A DNA stretch of 32,000 nucleotides from Ruminococcus albus 7 = DSM 20455 (lineage in GTDB: Bacteria > Bacillota > Clostridia > Oscillospirales > Ruminococcaceae): positions 3,480,001-3,512,000 of the forward strand of contig NC_014833.1 in NCBI RefSeq assembly GCF_000179635.2. The letters run 5' to 3'. Below are positions 31,375 through 32,000 of the stretch, piece by piece. Within the stretch, counting starts at the first letter, position 1, and each line of letters starts with the position of its first letter. Position numbers and translations under genes: made by a program. Under the pieces are notes generated by a model. The model saw only the letters and a program-made list of their open reading frames with translations. It did no database searches and had not been told where the DNA came from.

Positions 31375-32000
31375 ATGAAAAAAGGACTTTGTCTGGCACT
31401 GGCAGCACTTATGCTGAGCGGATGCGGACTGAGCGAGATAAGAAAAACTATAAGCGAAAAGGTCGATGAAAAGATCGAAGCACACTCAATAGAAAAAAGC
31501 GAGTACACTCAGGAAGAGGTCAACAAGAAAGTATATAAAGACCTGGCTGAATGCAAGCGCAAGATCGTATTTGACGGAGTTGTAAGCACTGAAATGGTGC
31601 AGAACGCGGTATACGGCACAAGGTATGCTTGTCCCGAGGTGTTCTGGACAGGAGGATTCACTGTCAGCACTAACTATTCGACCACTACACTTGAATGCGA
31701 CAGCGTGAACGATCTGGATGAAGAAACGCTGTCTGATATGAAAAAGGAAATGGACAAGGCGCTCGACAAACTGGTAAAGGAAGTAAGCGTCGGTGCCACA
31801 GATCACGAAAAACTTCTGGCACTTCACGATAAGCTGATAGATATATGCCGGTACGATTACGACGCAGCTAACTCTTCCGACCCTGATGATATCGGATTTG
31901 CAGGATCATCCTACGGCTGCCTTGTTGAACACAAGGCTATATGCGAGGGCTATGCGCAGGCATTCTCACTGGCTGCACGCAAAATGGGATATGAATGCGG
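31375..32000 (+). CDS. Lipoprotein with a transglutaminase-like core, 5' part (continues beyond the window)
   Basis: This is not in the ORF track because it is open-ended. It starts MKKGLCLALAALMLSGC|G behind AAGGGGG. The frame is open to the window end and reaches the catalytic-Cys context HKAICEGYAQAFSLAARKMGYEC, as in the two paralogs at 2317 and 3487. Confidence 0.8.
   Translation, partial: MKKGLCLALAALMLSGCGLSEIRKTISEKVDEKIEAHSIEKSEYTQEEVNKKVYKDLAECKRKIVFDGVVSTEMVQNAVYGTRYACPEVFWTGGFTVSTNYSTTTLECDSVNDLDEETLSDMKKEMDKALDKLVKEVSVGATDHEKLLALHDKLIDICRYDYDAANSSDPDDIGFAGSSYGCLVEHKAICEGYAQAFSLAARKMGYEC

Noticed and set aside
31486-31827. Minus-strand 113-aa ORF near the window end
   Set aside because: It is antisense to an open-ended plus-strand gene (31375 onward). 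That gene has a promoter, an RBS, a lipoprotein signal peptide and a transglutaminase-like catalytic motif.
1-32000. Mobile genetic element, prophage or defence island
   Set aside because: I saw no integrase, transposase, recombinase, phage structural gene, restriction-modification gene, cas gene, reverse transcriptase or toxin-antitoxin signature in any frame. The gene content is largely housekeeping.

Overview
This looks like a chromosomal segment of a moderate-GC Firmicute. A C-terminal type-I dockerin on one secreted protein suggests a Ruminococcus-type cellulolytic Clostridium, but that is inference, not a database result.

Most of the window is ordinary housekeeping or accessory coding sequence:
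- rpsU 3' end, an amidohydrolase and rsmI
- two transglutaminase-like secreted proteins, with a third starting at the window end
- yqeG-type HAD phosphatase, an M50 protease and birA
- a GH25 muramidase lipoprotein and a thioesterase
- a His6-type HisA-like isomerase
- aconitase and NADP-isocitrate dehydrogenase, separated by a four-gene membrane/lipoprotein islet
- a DUF1292 protein, an Fe-alcohol dehydrogenase and an AraR-like regulator
- nadB-nadC
- two DUF3592 membrane proteins, one with an Asn/Tyr-rich repeat tail
- a uridine-phosphorylase-like enzyme and a 685-aa zinc-ribbon membrane protein
- a P-loop protein and an APH-like protein that appears to lack both catalytic Asp residues

The most unusual feature is a 2.1 kb ORF-free gap (16065-18147). 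On the minus strand it has a near-consensus sigma-A promoter (about 17946-17974) and an intrinsic terminator (about 16254-16285). These bracket 7-8 tandem, progressively diverged copies of a roughly 105-nt structured module:
- The module contains GNRA-capped hairpins with compensatory changes between copies.
- Most copies end in a conserved ATG-GCN-stop mini-ORF.
- Two copies form a nearly perfect 216/217-bp tandem duplication.
- I do not recognise it as any known RNA class.

Two further candidate structured RNAs are present. One is a GC-rich, multi-helix intergenic element at about 8800-9140 on the minus strand. The other is a roughly 300-nt promoter-to-terminator unit at about 18584-18885 on the plus strand.

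I saw no rRNA, tRNA, CRISPR array, transposase or integrase. All structures were paired by eye; no folding or homology search was possible.
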